DNA from: Cellvibrionales bacterium
Lineage (GTDB): Bacteria > Pseudomonadota > Gammaproteobacteria > Pseudomonadales > UBA7239
DNA: 64,000 nucleotides
Reading direction: 5' to 3'
NCBI GenBank assembly: GCA_016713115.1
Contig: JADJPU010000001.1
Coordinates: forward strand, 856,642 to 920,641
The notes under the pieces were generated by a model. It saw only the letters and a list, made by a program, of their open reading frames with translations. It was not told the origin of the DNA and did not search any database. The translations under genes were made by a program, and so were the position numbers. This document shows, one piece after another, positions 1 through 9,394 of this stretch; the stretch's first letter is position 1; every line of letters begins with the position of its first letter.

Positions 1-647
1 AACGATAAACACGCGCCGCCCAATAATGATAAATAGCGCGCACCGGCGGCATAAGACACCATCGACATCGCGGGAATAGGAGAAAAACCAATAACGCGAT
101 CCGGTCCATATTTTTTTACAGTATACAAATTGGAGGCGGCAATCATTTCGTTCGCCTCCTCCCACTGCACCCGCGCAAAACCACCCATGCCGCGTTTGCT
201 TTTGTAGGATTTAGCGCGCTCTGCGTCTTCAACAATACTCGCCCACGCCTCCACAGGGCTCAGCGTTTTGCGCGCCTCGCGCCACAAGCGCAACAGCACG
301 CCGCGTACTAAGGGGTATTTCAAACGGTTGGCACTGTACAAATACCACGAGTAGCTCGCCCCGCGCGGGCAGCCGCGCGGCTCGTGATTGGGGAGGTCGG
401 GGCGGGTGCGAGGGTAGTCGGTCTGCTGCGTTTCCCAAGTCACCAGACCGTTCTTCACATAAATCTTCCAACTGCACGAGCCAGTGCAATTCACGCCGTG
501 CGTTGAGCGCACGACCTTGTCGTACTGCCAGCGCGCGCGATAGCTGTCTTCCCAATCGCGGTTCTCCGTGCGTGCCTCACCATGCCCATTGGCAAAAGGT
601 TCTGAGACACGGCGAAAAAATTGCAAGCGGTCGAGAAAGTAACTCAT
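1..647 (-). CDS. narG: respiratory nitrate reductase alpha subunit, N-terminal part (gene runs off the left edge)
   Basis: Absent from the ORF track because it has no stop in the window. Reverse translation from ATG 647-645 (AGGAGA just upstream) gives [97 protein letters not shown], the hallmark NarG N-terminus. Confidence 0.9.
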   Translation of the reverse strand, partial: MSYFLDRLQFFRRVSEPFANGHGEARTENRDWEDSYRARWQYDKVVRSTHGVNCTGSCSWKIYVKNGLVTWETQQTDYPRTRPDLPNHEPRGCPRGASYSWYLYSANRLKYPLVRGVLLRLWREARKTLSPVEAWASIVEDAERAKSYKSKRGMGGFARVQWEEANEMIAASNLYTVKKYGPDRVIGFSPIPAMSMVSYAAGARYLSLLGGACLS

Positions 648-760
648 ATCGTTCTCCTTTATACCGAAGACACTACCACACTCATTGCATCAAGCATTGA
701 GTCTAGACAAGTTTTTTGCAACTTAAACTACAATGCGCGCCCCCTGTTGGAGGTATCCGC

Positions 761-1339
761 ATGGAATCTTTACTCGTGTCCACCGGCGTGGTCGCCCTCG
801 CTGAAATCGGCGACAAAACCCAGTTGCTCGCCTTCCTACTCGCTGCGCGTTTCAAAAAGCCGCTGCCCATCATTCTCGGCATTCTGCTGGCCACTCTGGT
901 CAACCACGGATTGGCCGGTGCGCTGGGCGCGTGGATCACCACCAATGTCAGCCCGGAAGTGCTGCGCTGGGTGTTGGGCTTGTCTTTTATCGGCATGGCA
1001 GTCTGGACGCTGATTCCCGACAAAATTGAAGAAGAAGAATCGCTGATAGCGCAAAAACTCGGCGTGTTCGGCGCCACCTTGGTGACTTTTTTTCTGGCGG
1101 AAATGGGCGACAAAACGCAGGTCGCCACTATCGCCATGGCCGCGCACTACGCCGCACCGCTGCTGGTGGTGATAGGCACCACGCTGGGCATGTTGATTGC
1201 CGATGTGCCAGCGGTGTTTGTCGGCGACAAGTTGGCCAACAAAATCCCGATGAAGCTGGTGCACTCCATCGCCGCTGGCGTGTTTGCCGTGCTGGGCGTG
1301 ATGACCTTGCTAGGCGCAGGAACCGGCTTCGGTTTTTAA
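761..1339 (+). CDS. UPF0016 / GDT1 (TMEM165) family membrane protein, putative Mn2+/Ca2+ transporter
   Basis: ORF 716..1339. The internal ATG at 761 is preceded by GGAGG. Two copies of the family motif E-x-G-D-K-T (LAEIGDKTQLL and LAEMGDKTQVA) lie in a 6-TM-like protein. Confidence 0.8.
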   Translation: MESLLVSTGVVALAEIGDKTQLLAFLLAARFKKPLPIILGILLATLVNHGLAGALGAWITTNVSPEVLRWVLGLSFIGMAVWTLIPDKIEEEESLIAQKLGVFGATLVTFFLAEMGDKTQVATIAMAAHYAAPLLVVIGTTLGMLIADVPAVFVGDKLANKIPMKLVHSIAAGVFAVLGVMTLLGAGTGFGF

Positions 1340-1354
1340 ATCGCCATTTAAGGC

Positions 1355-1380
1355 AGGCTCACCCAGTGAGCCTTTCTGCT
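1355..1380 (+). terminator. putative rho-independent terminator after the UPF0016 gene
   Basis: Perfect 8-bp stem AGGCTCAC(1355-1362)/GTGAGCCT(1366-1373) with a 3-nt loop, followed by TTTCTGCTT. Confidence 0.45.
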
Positions 1381-1420
1381 TGTACCATGGCTCTACTCTG
1401 CGCCACATTGAGCCATCGCC

Positions 1421-2260
1421 ATGAATGAAGACATAGCCATTGCTTTATCGTTATTCGGCACGATCGTGACATGGGCGCTAGCGTGGCTCGTGGTTGTAGA
1501 TCACTGCAACAAACAAGGAGGAAACCTCTTTGTTTCTCATCTATTAGGGATATTCATTGGCAGCGGCGCAGCGTTTGGCGCGTTTTGTGTAACCGGCGCG
1601 TTATTTCTCCCTAACGACAGCGCCAACACCGCAATAGGCATAGGCATTGTGGGTGCCGCCATTCTCTCGGTGTATTGGCTCGCCTTTCTTTTTTCTAAAC
1701 GCACTGTCGTTCGTCAGCAACAAAATAAAACCGTTGACTACGAAGCTATGCGCCAAAAAAACGATGCCGCACAACGGCAAAAAGCGGAAAGTCGTGCCGA
1801 ACAAGAGAAAATATTGCGCATGCCAATGGAGGACTTTTACTCTATGCGCTTAGTAGATCACATGGCATTTTGGTGTGTCATGCTATTTCTTACGGTGTGG
1901 GTCTGCTTAATACTCATTATGCTGTCAACAGGAACAAACGACAGTCTTGCGTTAACTATCGGCAGCACACTGTGGATGCTGCTGATTTTTTATATTTTCG
2001 GAATCACGCGCCTGCATGTAATCCCTGTTGCAATATCAGTGCTTTTGGCTACCGCGAGCACCTTATTAGAAATTTGGTGGCGACTTCGCGATAAAGTCCC
2101 TTATGCACCACCGCCGCAACTACCCATAGATAAAACGACATCTACGGATTACATGCCTTCACCACCGCCACCAAAAATCGCACGCAAGAAAGAAGCCAAT
2201 TGGATGTTCCCATTTGCTATGGGGCTCTGGCTAGGGCATATGTGGGGCGATGACGATTGA
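1421..2260 (+). CDS. hypothetical polytopic membrane protein with charged linker and proline-rich tail
   Basis: 279-aa ORF. About 3+3 hydrophobic helices are separated by a Q/K/E-rich linker (RQQQNKTVDYEAMRQKNDAAQRQKAESRAEQEK). The C-terminus is YAPPPQLP..SPPPPK. No family recognised. AT-richer than its neighbours. Confidence 0.6.
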   Translation: MNEDIAIALSLFGTIVTWALAWLVVVDHCNKQGGNLFVSHLLGIFIGSGAAFGAFCVTGALFLPNDSANTAIGIGIVGAAILSVYWLAFLFSKRTVVRQQQNKTVDYEAMRQKNDAAQRQKAESRAEQEKILRMPMEDFYSMRLVDHMAFWCVMLFLTVWVCLILIMLSTGTNDSLALTIGSTLWMLLIFYIFGITRLHVIPVAISVLLATASTLLEIWWRLRDKVPYAPPPQLPIDKTTSTDYMPSPPPPKIARKKEANWMFPFAMGLWLGHMWGDDD

Positions 2261-2337
2261 TACAACAGGGATGCAGGTTCTAAAAAACTCATAGCTTCCG
2301 TAAGATAGCTGCTCTGTTTTCTGCTGGTTGTGTTTTT

Positions 2338-3879
2338 ATGACGACTCCCCCCAAACCTCTTGTACTCTTGATACTCGACGGCTTCGGCTACCGCGAGGAG
2401 ACCAAAGACAACGCCATTGCCGCTGCGCACACGCCAGTGTGGGATCAGCTGTGGTGCGACAACCCGCGCAGCTTGGTGTCCGGCTCCGGTTTAGATGTGG
2501 GCTTGCCCGAAGGGCAGTTCGGCAACAGCGAAGTCGGCCACATGACACTGGGCGCAGGGCGCGTGGTGTGGCAGCAGTTGACGCGCATCGACAAAGACAT
2601 CGCCGACGGCACCTTCTTTGAAAACCCTGCCTATTGCGCAGCCATCGATAAAGCCATCGCCAATAACAAAGCCGTACACATCTGGGGCTTGCTCTCCGAT
2701 GGCGGCGTACACAGCCACGAAAATCACATCCTCGCCGCCCTGCAACTCGCTGTGCAGCGCGGTGCCGAGCAGGTTTATTTGCACGCGTTTTTAGATGGGC
2801 GCGACACACCGCCGCGCAGTGCAGAAGATTCACTGCGCATCACACAAGACACGCTGGAGGCACTCGGCACCGGCCGCATCGCCACACTGTGCGGTCGCTA
2901 TTACGCGATGGATCGCGATAAACGCTGGGATCGCGTCGAAAAAGCTTACAACTTACTCACTGATGGTCGCGCCGAGTTTCACGCCGCCACCGCTCTTGAA
3001 GGTTTGCACGACGCTTACGCGCGCGATGAAAACGACGAATTTGTAAAACCCACCGTGATCGGCGCACCCGTGCAATTACACGATGGCGACGCGGTGTTGT
3101 TTATGAATTTCCGCGCCGATCGCGCACGGCAAATCACGCGCGCCTTTACCAATCCTGCGTTTGACGGTTTTGTGCGCGCACGCACTCCAACACTCGGCAC
3201 CTTTGTGATGACCAGTGAATACGCCGACGATATTCCTGCGCTGTGCGCCTATCCACCATCCACTCTGAAAAACTCATTGGGCGAATATTTAGCCAGTTTA
3301 GGCAAAACGCAATTGCGCATTGCGGAAACCGAAAAATACGCGCATGTCACTTTCTTTTTCAGCGGCGGGCGCGAAGCCTTGTACGAAGGCGAAACACGCA
3401 TTCTTGTCGATTCACCCAAGGTTGCCACTTACGATTTGCAGCCGGAGATGAGCGCGTTTGAAGTCACTGATAAATTGGTGGAGGCGATAAGCAGCCAACA
3501 GTTCGATGTGATTATTTGCAATTACGCCAACGGCGATATGGTGGGGCACACCGGCATTTTCAGCGCCGCAGTAAAAGCGGTGGAGGCTCTAGATATTTGT
3601 GTAGGCCGTGTGCGCGACGCGGTATTGGCAGCCGGTGGTGAATGTTTGATCACCGCCGATCACGGCAATTGCGAACAAATGCAGGATTACGAAGCGCAGC
3701 AAGTACACACACAGCACACTTGTGAACAAGTTCCGTTTTTGTATATCGGTCAGCGCACAGTCACTATCAATGATGGTGGTACACTGGCTGATGTTGCCCC
3801 AAGCATGCTGGCGCTGCTGAACTTGCCGCAACCGGCAGAAATGCAAGGGCGCAACCTCATCACCATTCACAACAAATAA
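2338..3879 (+). CDS. gpmI: 2,3-bisphosphoglycerate-independent phosphoglycerate mutase
   Basis: 513 aa. [28 protein letters not shown] and ADHGN motifs typical of iPGM. Confidence 0.95.
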   Translation: MTTPPKPLVLLILDGFGYREETKDNAIAAAHTPVWDQLWCDNPRSLVSGSGLDVGLPEGQFGNSEVGHMTLGAGRVVWQQLTRIDKDIADGTFFENPAYCAAIDKAIANNKAVHIWGLLSDGGVHSHENHILAALQLAVQRGAEQVYLHAFLDGRDTPPRSAEDSLRITQDTLEALGTGRIATLCGRYYAMDRDKRWDRVEKAYNLLTDGRAEFHAATALEGLHDAYARDENDEFVKPTVIGAPVQLHDGDAVLFMNFRADRARQITRAFTNPAFDGFVRARTPTLGTFVMTSEYADDIPALCAYPPSTLKNSLGEYLASLGKTQLRIAETEKYAHVTFFFSGGREALYEGETRILVDSPKVATYDLQPEMSAFEVTDKLVEAISSQQFDVIICNYANGDMVGHTGIFSAAVKAVEALDICVGRVRDAVLAAGGECLITADHGNCEQMQDYEAQQVHTQHTCEQVPFLYIGQRTVTINDGGTLADVAPSMLALLNLPQPAEMQGRNLITIHNK

Positions 3880-3911
3880 AACTTTTTATCACTACGCACG
3901 GAGAGGCACAC

Positions 3912-5245
3912 ATGAAAATTCATCAATCGCTATTGGCTGCTATCCTCATCGGCACATTGGCTGGCAGTGCTTTTGCTAACGACGCAGCACCGGCAGCACC
4001 TGCCGAAGCCGCCACCGCGCAAGCACCCGCTGCCGAACCAGCAACAACAGAAAATCTTGAACAAAAAATTGCCGAGATGCAGCAATCCATCGACAAATTA
4101 AAAGCGGATATTCAAACCATCCAGACCACACGCAATGAATTGCAGGCCAAGCTGGACCAGTCCGACAAAGATGTTGCGGCGCAAATGAAAAAAATCGAAG
4201 AGATCAACACCAAAATCGCAGAGAAACAAAAAGCTGCTAACGCACAAGCGGCAGAAAAAAAGCAGTAAGCAGTTCAATCGCCGATCAGCGGGAACAGATC
4301 GGCCAGCAATTGCGCGCTCTGTACACAGCAGGCGCGCAGTCGCAACTGCGCTTGCTGCTGGAACAGGACGACGCCAGCACCCTCACCCGCAACTTCCAAT
4401 ACAATAATTACTTGGTTGCTGCTCGCCAGCAAAAAATGCAGGCGTATCTCGATGCTATTCAACGCATCGTTGTCATAGAAAAAGAACTCGCTAACAGCAT
4501 TCAAGAACTGCAAGTGCTGCAACAAACTCTCATCACTGAAAATACGCAACTGCAAGCCGAACGCGATGCCAGAAAAACCTTAATTACCAACGCCGAACAA
4601 GACCTAAAAAACAAGGACGGCGAATTGGAAAAGCTCAACCAAGATCGCGCCGCATTACAAACATTAATCGCACGCATCGAACAGCAACGCGCCCTTGCTA
4701 AAGCCAAGGAAGAACAGCGTTTGCGCGAGGAGCAGAAAAATATACAGCAACAGGAAGAGAAAACTTTCGCAACAAAAACCGCAACCGAACCATCGACAGA
4801 TGATGCATCATCCACCTATAGCGCTGCCGATCTCGAACGCCTGCGCCAGCAATCTTTTACACAACGCAAAGGAAAAATGCTGTGGCCGACGCAGGGAAAA
4901 CTGCTGCATCAATTTGGCGATAATCGCCAAGGCAGCGTGACTTGGGATGGTTTACGCATTCAAGCGGATAACGGAACGCCCGTGCACGCCATTCACGGCG
5001 GGCGCGTGATGTACGCCGACACTTTACGCGGCCAAGGCTTGTTAATCGTGCTGGATCACGGCGATGGTTATATGAGTTTGTACGCACACAATGATGCTCT
5101 GTTGCGTGAAGCCGGCGAATGGGTGCAACCAGGCGATATCATTGCACGCGCCGGCAACAGCGGCGGCGAAAAAGAATCCGCCTTGTATTTTGAAATTCGC
5201 AAAAACGGCAATCCGATCAACCCTCTACCTTGGCTGAAAAAATAA
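3912..5245 (+). pseudogene. envC: EnvC-like murein hydrolase activator (signal peptide + coiled coil + degenerate LytM/M23 domain), frame-disrupted in this sequence
   Basis: Fragment 1 (3912..4268) has signal peptide MKIHQSLLAAILIGTLAGSAFA plus coiled coil. Fragment 2 (frame open from 4241, ORF 4310..5245) has coiled coil plus LytM (LDHGDGYMSLYAHN..ALYFEIRKNGNPINPLPWL). The frames join at the A7 run 4255-4261. Position after gpmI matches Pseudomonas-type synteny. Confidence 0.75.
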
Positions 5246-5246
5246 A

Positions 5247-6731
5247 ATGCTCCCTGACACTTTGCACACCGCTGAAGAAACGCGCGCACTGGATGCGACG
5301 CTCATTGCTAACGGCATCAGCAGCATCGTGCTAATGAAAAAAGCCGCGCGCGCAGCATTGGAAACACTCTTAGCACACTGGCCCAATCCTGCGTGCATCA
5401 CCATTTTTTGCGGCAGCGGCAACAACGGTGGCGACGGTTATTTGCTCGCAGCCCTCGCGCAAGAAAAAAATATTTCTGCACACATTATTGCGGTCGGCGC
5501 GGCTGAAAAATTTACGCCAGATACTTTACAAGCGCACGCCTACGCCACGCAAAACGGCGTGACGATTTCACCGTGGCAGAACACTATGGATTTACCCAGC
5601 AAAGGCATCGTGGTTGATGCTCTACTCGGCACCGGCAGCTACGGCGCACCACGCCACGCTTACGCCGCCGCGATTGATGCTATCAACCACAGCGGCCTGC
5701 CAGTGCTGGCGCTGGACTTGCCCTCTGGCATCGACGCCGACACCGGCTGTGCCGAAGGCGTGGCGGTGGCCGCGGATGTCACCATCACTTTTGTCGCACT
5801 GAAACGCGGTTTATTGACCGCCGACGCACCAGATTTCACCGGCCTCATTGAATACGCTGGTTTGGGTGCGGAGGAGCTAGACGCGCCCGACGATCACGAC
5901 TGCGAGCGACTGGAACTCAGCACCTTGCTAGACGCACTGCCGCCGCGCCAACGCACGGCACACAAAGGTCTGTTCGGGCATGTGATGGTGATAGGCGGTG
6001 ACAGCGGCATGGGCGGCGCGGTGCTCTTGGCCACTGAAGCGGCTGCGCGCTGCGGCGCGGGCTTAGTTAGCGCCGCCACGCGACCTGAACATGTGCCGGC
6101 TGTGTTGGCACGCCGACCGGAGATCATGGCGAATGGTGTGAACTCTGGGCAGGCTCTGGAACCGCTGCTCGCCAAACCCACGGTGCTGGTTGTCGGTCCT
6201 GGCTTGGGGCGCAGCGCGTGGTCCGAGCAGATGTTGCAGCAGGCCACCTTGAGTGAGCTGCCACTGGTGCTGGATGCCGACGCACTCAACATGCTGGCCG
6301 AGGGGCGCGTGGTGCGCGAACCCCATCGCAGCGATTGGGTGCTGACCCCACACCCCGCCGAGGCCGCGCGCCTGCTGGGTATCAGCACCGCCGATGTACA
6401 GCGCGACCGTTTTGCGGCCGTGCGCGCCCTGCAACAACGCTATGGCGGCACTGTCGTGTTGAAAGGCGCGGGCAGCTTGGTGTGCGGAGCGAGCGGCATG
6501 ATTGGAGTTTGCAGCAGCGGCAACCCCGGCATGGCCTCCGGCGGCATGGGGGATGTGCTAGCCGGCATCATCGGCAGCTTGCTCGCGCAAGACATAGCGC
6601 CTGAAATCGCCGCGCAATTGGGTGTTTGCCTGCACGCTGAAGCGGCGGATGCTGCCGCCGAAGAACAGGGCGAGCGCGGCTTGTTGGCGAGCGATCTCAG
6701 TGCGCAGTTGCAGGGTTTGGTGAATCCCTGA
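5247..6731 (+). CDS. nnr: bifunctional NAD(P)H-hydrate repair enzyme (epimerase/ADP-dependent dehydratase, YjeF)
   Basis: 494 aa. YjeF-N (FCGSGNNGGDGY) and carbohydrate-kinase-like C-terminal part (GVCSSGNPGMASGGMGDVLAG). Confidence 0.9.
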   Translation: MLPDTLHTAEETRALDATLIANGISSIVLMKKAARAALETLLAHWPNPACITIFCGSGNNGGDGYLLAALAQEKNISAHIIAVGAAEKFTPDTLQAHAYATQNGVTISPWQNTMDLPSKGIVVDALLGTGSYGAPRHAYAAAIDAINHSGLPVLALDLPSGIDADTGCAEGVAVAADVTITFVALKRGLLTADAPDFTGLIEYAGLGAEELDAPDDHDCERLELSTLLDALPPRQRTAHKGLFGHVMVIGGDSGMGGAVLLATEAAARCGAGLVSAATRPEHVPAVLARRPEIMANGVNSGQALEPLLAKPTVLVVGPGLGRSAWSEQMLQQATLSELPLVLDADALNMLAEGRVVREPHRSDWVLTPHPAEAARLLGISTADVQRDRFAAVRALQQRYGGTVVLKGAGSLVCGASGMIGVCSSGNPGMASGGMGDVLAGIIGSLLAQDIAPEIAAQLGVCLHAEAADAAAEEQGERGLLASDLSAQLQGLVNP

Positions 6732-6765
6732 ATGCCCCTACTGTTTCAACATCACATCTGAATAG

Positions 6766-8283
6766 TTAGGCGTTTGCCGGTGCGTTTAGCAAAATTTGTA
6801 GAAACACTTTAAATGTCTGCCACAGTCGTCCGAGCGACCAAAAACGCAGAATTCTGAGCACACGCCGCGGGCTAGAATAAAAACGCAAATTAGCCATGCG
6901 GACAGCGTTACTCAATGGATACCCGTAAACCCTTTCATACCAAGATGTATGCGCACGGTAGCTACCACTGTCAACTTTTGCTGCATCTCTCGTTATTGAT
7001 TCATGTTCACTCAGCGCCAAATCAAAGAGCGGCGTTCCCGGCTGTGGAATAACCGTAAAGAAAAACGCCAAGGTCAAATCACTTTTTAAAGCGAAATCAA
7101 TACTGGCTTTGATTTCTTCTTTTGTTTCCGTTGGAAACCCCAACATAAAAGCAGCGGTTACTTGCAATCCTTTGTCTGTAAACATTTTTATTGCATTGTT
7201 TGCTTTATCAACATCTAGATTCTTTTCAACCAAAAGCTGTAACCGCGGAGTTACCGTCTCAATGGCAATTGAAGCTGCATAAGCACCTGCTTCACACATT
7301 ACATCCACAATTTCTTGGTCAATAATGTCGCCGCGCAATCCATTAGGAAATGCAAATTTCATTTTCCCAGGCCATCGCCTAGCCACTTCCCCCATGATTG
7401 CATGCACCCTAGGCTTGTGCAGATTAAAAATATCATCCTCTATATGAAATTCATCAACACCATAGTTGTTATATAAATACTCAATCTCTGCAATCACTCG
7501 CTCTGCACTATGGTAAACAAATCTTTTTGTAAAGATGTCGTGACAATAGGTGCAAAGATAAGGACACCCTCTTGAAGTAAACAGCGGCGAGTAACGCTTA
7601 CCTTTCAAGTTAGCTGCATGATTGGGATGTTTTGCATAGCGATCAAAATCTACCAAATCCCAAGCAGGCATAGGCAAAGTATCTAAGTCTTGAACAAAAT
7701 CTCTTGTTTTTGCTACATGAATTTTCCCATCTGCCAGTCGCCTTGAGAAACCAGGCAAATCGATTCCCAAATCCTGACTCAGAGTTAAGCGCATCAACGC
7801 TTCTGGAAATACATTATCCGCAGGACCCTCAAAAACCCAATCAATGCTTTCTTCTTCACGCAAAATCTTTTCAGACGCGTTGAGCGCAAACGGCCCACCA
7901 ATCACCGTAACAATGGATTCATCAAACTGTTTTACAGTTTTTGCAATGCGATAACTTGCTTGTGCTTCAAAGTTTAACGCCGACATACCCACCACATCCG
8001 GCTTAAACTCCTGCAACAGAGGCAACAGCTCTGATGCTGGCATTTGCTCCAACTTCATATCCAGAATTTTCACATCAACATGCTGTTGAAAGCGCGCGCG
8101 AATAGCTGATGTTAAATAGAGGATACCCATCTGCGGAGACTGCACTGCTCCAACAATTTTTTGATAGGGTTTTAACAACAAAACTTTCAAACGAGGCAAC
8201 GACTGAAAATCCACACTGGATGCAATCACCTCACTATTTAACGCAGAGGGAATAAATACTTCCGTATCAGGAGGCAATTTCAT
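6766..8283 (-). CDS. B12-binding-domain radical SAM protein (class B), substrate unknown
   Basis: ORF 6766..8349. The likely start is ATG 8283, which overlaps the upstream stop (ATGA). N-terminal Rossmann-like B12-binding region (KVLLLKP..GILYLTSAI..DVVGMSAL) and CxxxCxxC cluster motif (RGCPYLCTYCHD). No Cys-rich SPASM tail. Strongly AT-rich. Confidence 0.85.
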   Translation of the reverse strand: MKLPPDTEVFIPSALNSEVIASSVDFQSLPRLKVLLLKPYQKIVGAVQSPQMGILYLTSAIRARFQQHVDVKILDMKLEQMPASELLPLLQEFKPDVVGMSALNFEAQASYRIAKTVKQFDESIVTVIGGPFALNASEKILREEESIDWVFEGPADNVFPEALMRLTLSQDLGIDLPGFSRRLADGKIHVAKTRDFVQDLDTLPMPAWDLVDFDRYAKHPNHAANLKGKRYSPLFTSRGCPYLCTYCHDIFTKRFVYHSAERVIAEIEYLYNNYGVDEFHIEDDIFNLHKPRVHAIMGEVARRWPGKMKFAFPNGLRGDIIDQEIVDVMCEAGAYAASIAIETVTPRLQLLVEKNLDVDKANNAIKMFTDKGLQVTAAFMLGFPTETKEEIKASIDFALKSDLTLAFFFTVIPQPGTPLFDLALSEHESITRDAAKVDSGSYRAHTSWYERVYGYPLSNAVRMANLRFYSSPRRVLRILRFWSLGRLWQTFKVFLQILLNAPANA

Positions 8284-9233
8284 TTCAAAACTCTGCGCAT
8301 ACTCCACAGCACCAGCGGCGCGAGTGGCTTCATGATCAGCCGCGACCAACGCAAGCGCTGGCGCAAATCTGCTTGATAGTCTGCAAAACTGTGCTGCTGA
8401 AATTGCAGAATGTCTTGCGACTCAGCGGTATCCATCCAACTGGTGTAGTAGCGGTCGCTGCCGAGCATATCTCGCGGCAGAGTAATCCCCATGGCATTCA
8501 GTGCCGCACTTAAGAATTGGTGTTGCGTGACACGGCTGTCTTCACCACCTCCCAATAACAAAACCTTATGCAAGGCGCGCGCGTTATTGATCGCATTGAC
8601 CATTGCCAGCGCAACATCTTGTGGATGCACATAATGCAAGGGATTGTCTGGCGATACGGCAAACAATTTACGCATCATGGAACGATCCGCACCCAAGGTG
8701 CGCGAATCTACCGACACCCCCACGCGCAGCACACACCACGGAATTGCACTGGCCGCTAGCGCTTGCTCTACCTCCACTTTGTGCCGCGTGTAGTTGTCGC
8801 TTGGCGCCACAGCATCGTCCGCCCGCATCAAACGCGTGGCTGGCTCAGGGAATCCAAATACCGTTACAGAGGAGGGGTAAATCAGCAGAGGTTGTTTAAC
8901 GCGCTGTTCAATATCCGCAATCAAACGCAGCGTGGCGTTGACATTGATGTCATGCGCGAGCTCAGGCGCGCGATCCGTCACCGGCGGCAGTACCGCTGCG
9001 AGGTGTATCACCGCCACACAGCCTTGCAGCAAGGGTTTGAAATCCACGGTGCGTAAATCACCCCACACCAACTCGTCGTACAGCGTTTCTATACGCGCCG
9101 CCACCTTGCGGTTGGCGGGGTTGTCGAGATCCATGGCCAGCACACGAAAATTCTGCCGCTTGAGCTCAGCCAGCACCATCTGCCCTAAATTGCCAAACGC
9201 GCCAGTTACCAGCACCGTGCGAGAAACTATCAT
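8280..9233 (-). CDS. NAD-dependent epimerase/dehydratase family (extended SDR) protein
   Basis: 317 aa. Gly-rich NAD motif VLVTGAFGNLGQ and catalytic YTRHK (YxxxK). Its stop overlaps the radical SAM start by 4 nt. Confidence 0.85.
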   Translation of the reverse strand: MIVSRTVLVTGAFGNLGQMVLAELKRQNFRVLAMDLDNPANRKVAARIETLYDELVWGDLRTVDFKPLLQGCVAVIHLAAVLPPVTDRAPELAHDINVNATLRLIADIEQRVKQPLLIYPSSVTVFGFPEPATRLMRADDAVAPSDNYTRHKVEVEQALAASAIPWCVLRVGVSVDSRTLGADRSMMRKLFAVSPDNPLHYVHPQDVALAMVNAINNARALHKVLLLGGGEDSRVTQHQFLSAALNAMGITLPRDMLGSDRYYTSWMDTAESQDILQFQQHSFADYQADLRQRLRWSRLIMKPLAPLVLWSMRRVLK

Positions 9234-9394
9234 GCTTGAAACCCCCTGTTCATTTTTTATCTGCGCAAAAGAATGGAGAGCTTGTGGCTTGATTGCAAGG
9301 CGGAATATGGTATTTCGCTAGGCTCCCGTACATAAAGAACAACTCGCCTGTAAAAAAACACAAGACACTCCCAGAGTGGAGTCAGGAGTACACC

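Noticed and set aside
648-760. FNR/ANR box upstream of narG.
   Set aside because: Only a single TTGAT half-site (minus-strand reading of ..cattgcatcaag..) was found, and the partner half-site does not match ATCAA. Not supportable by eye.
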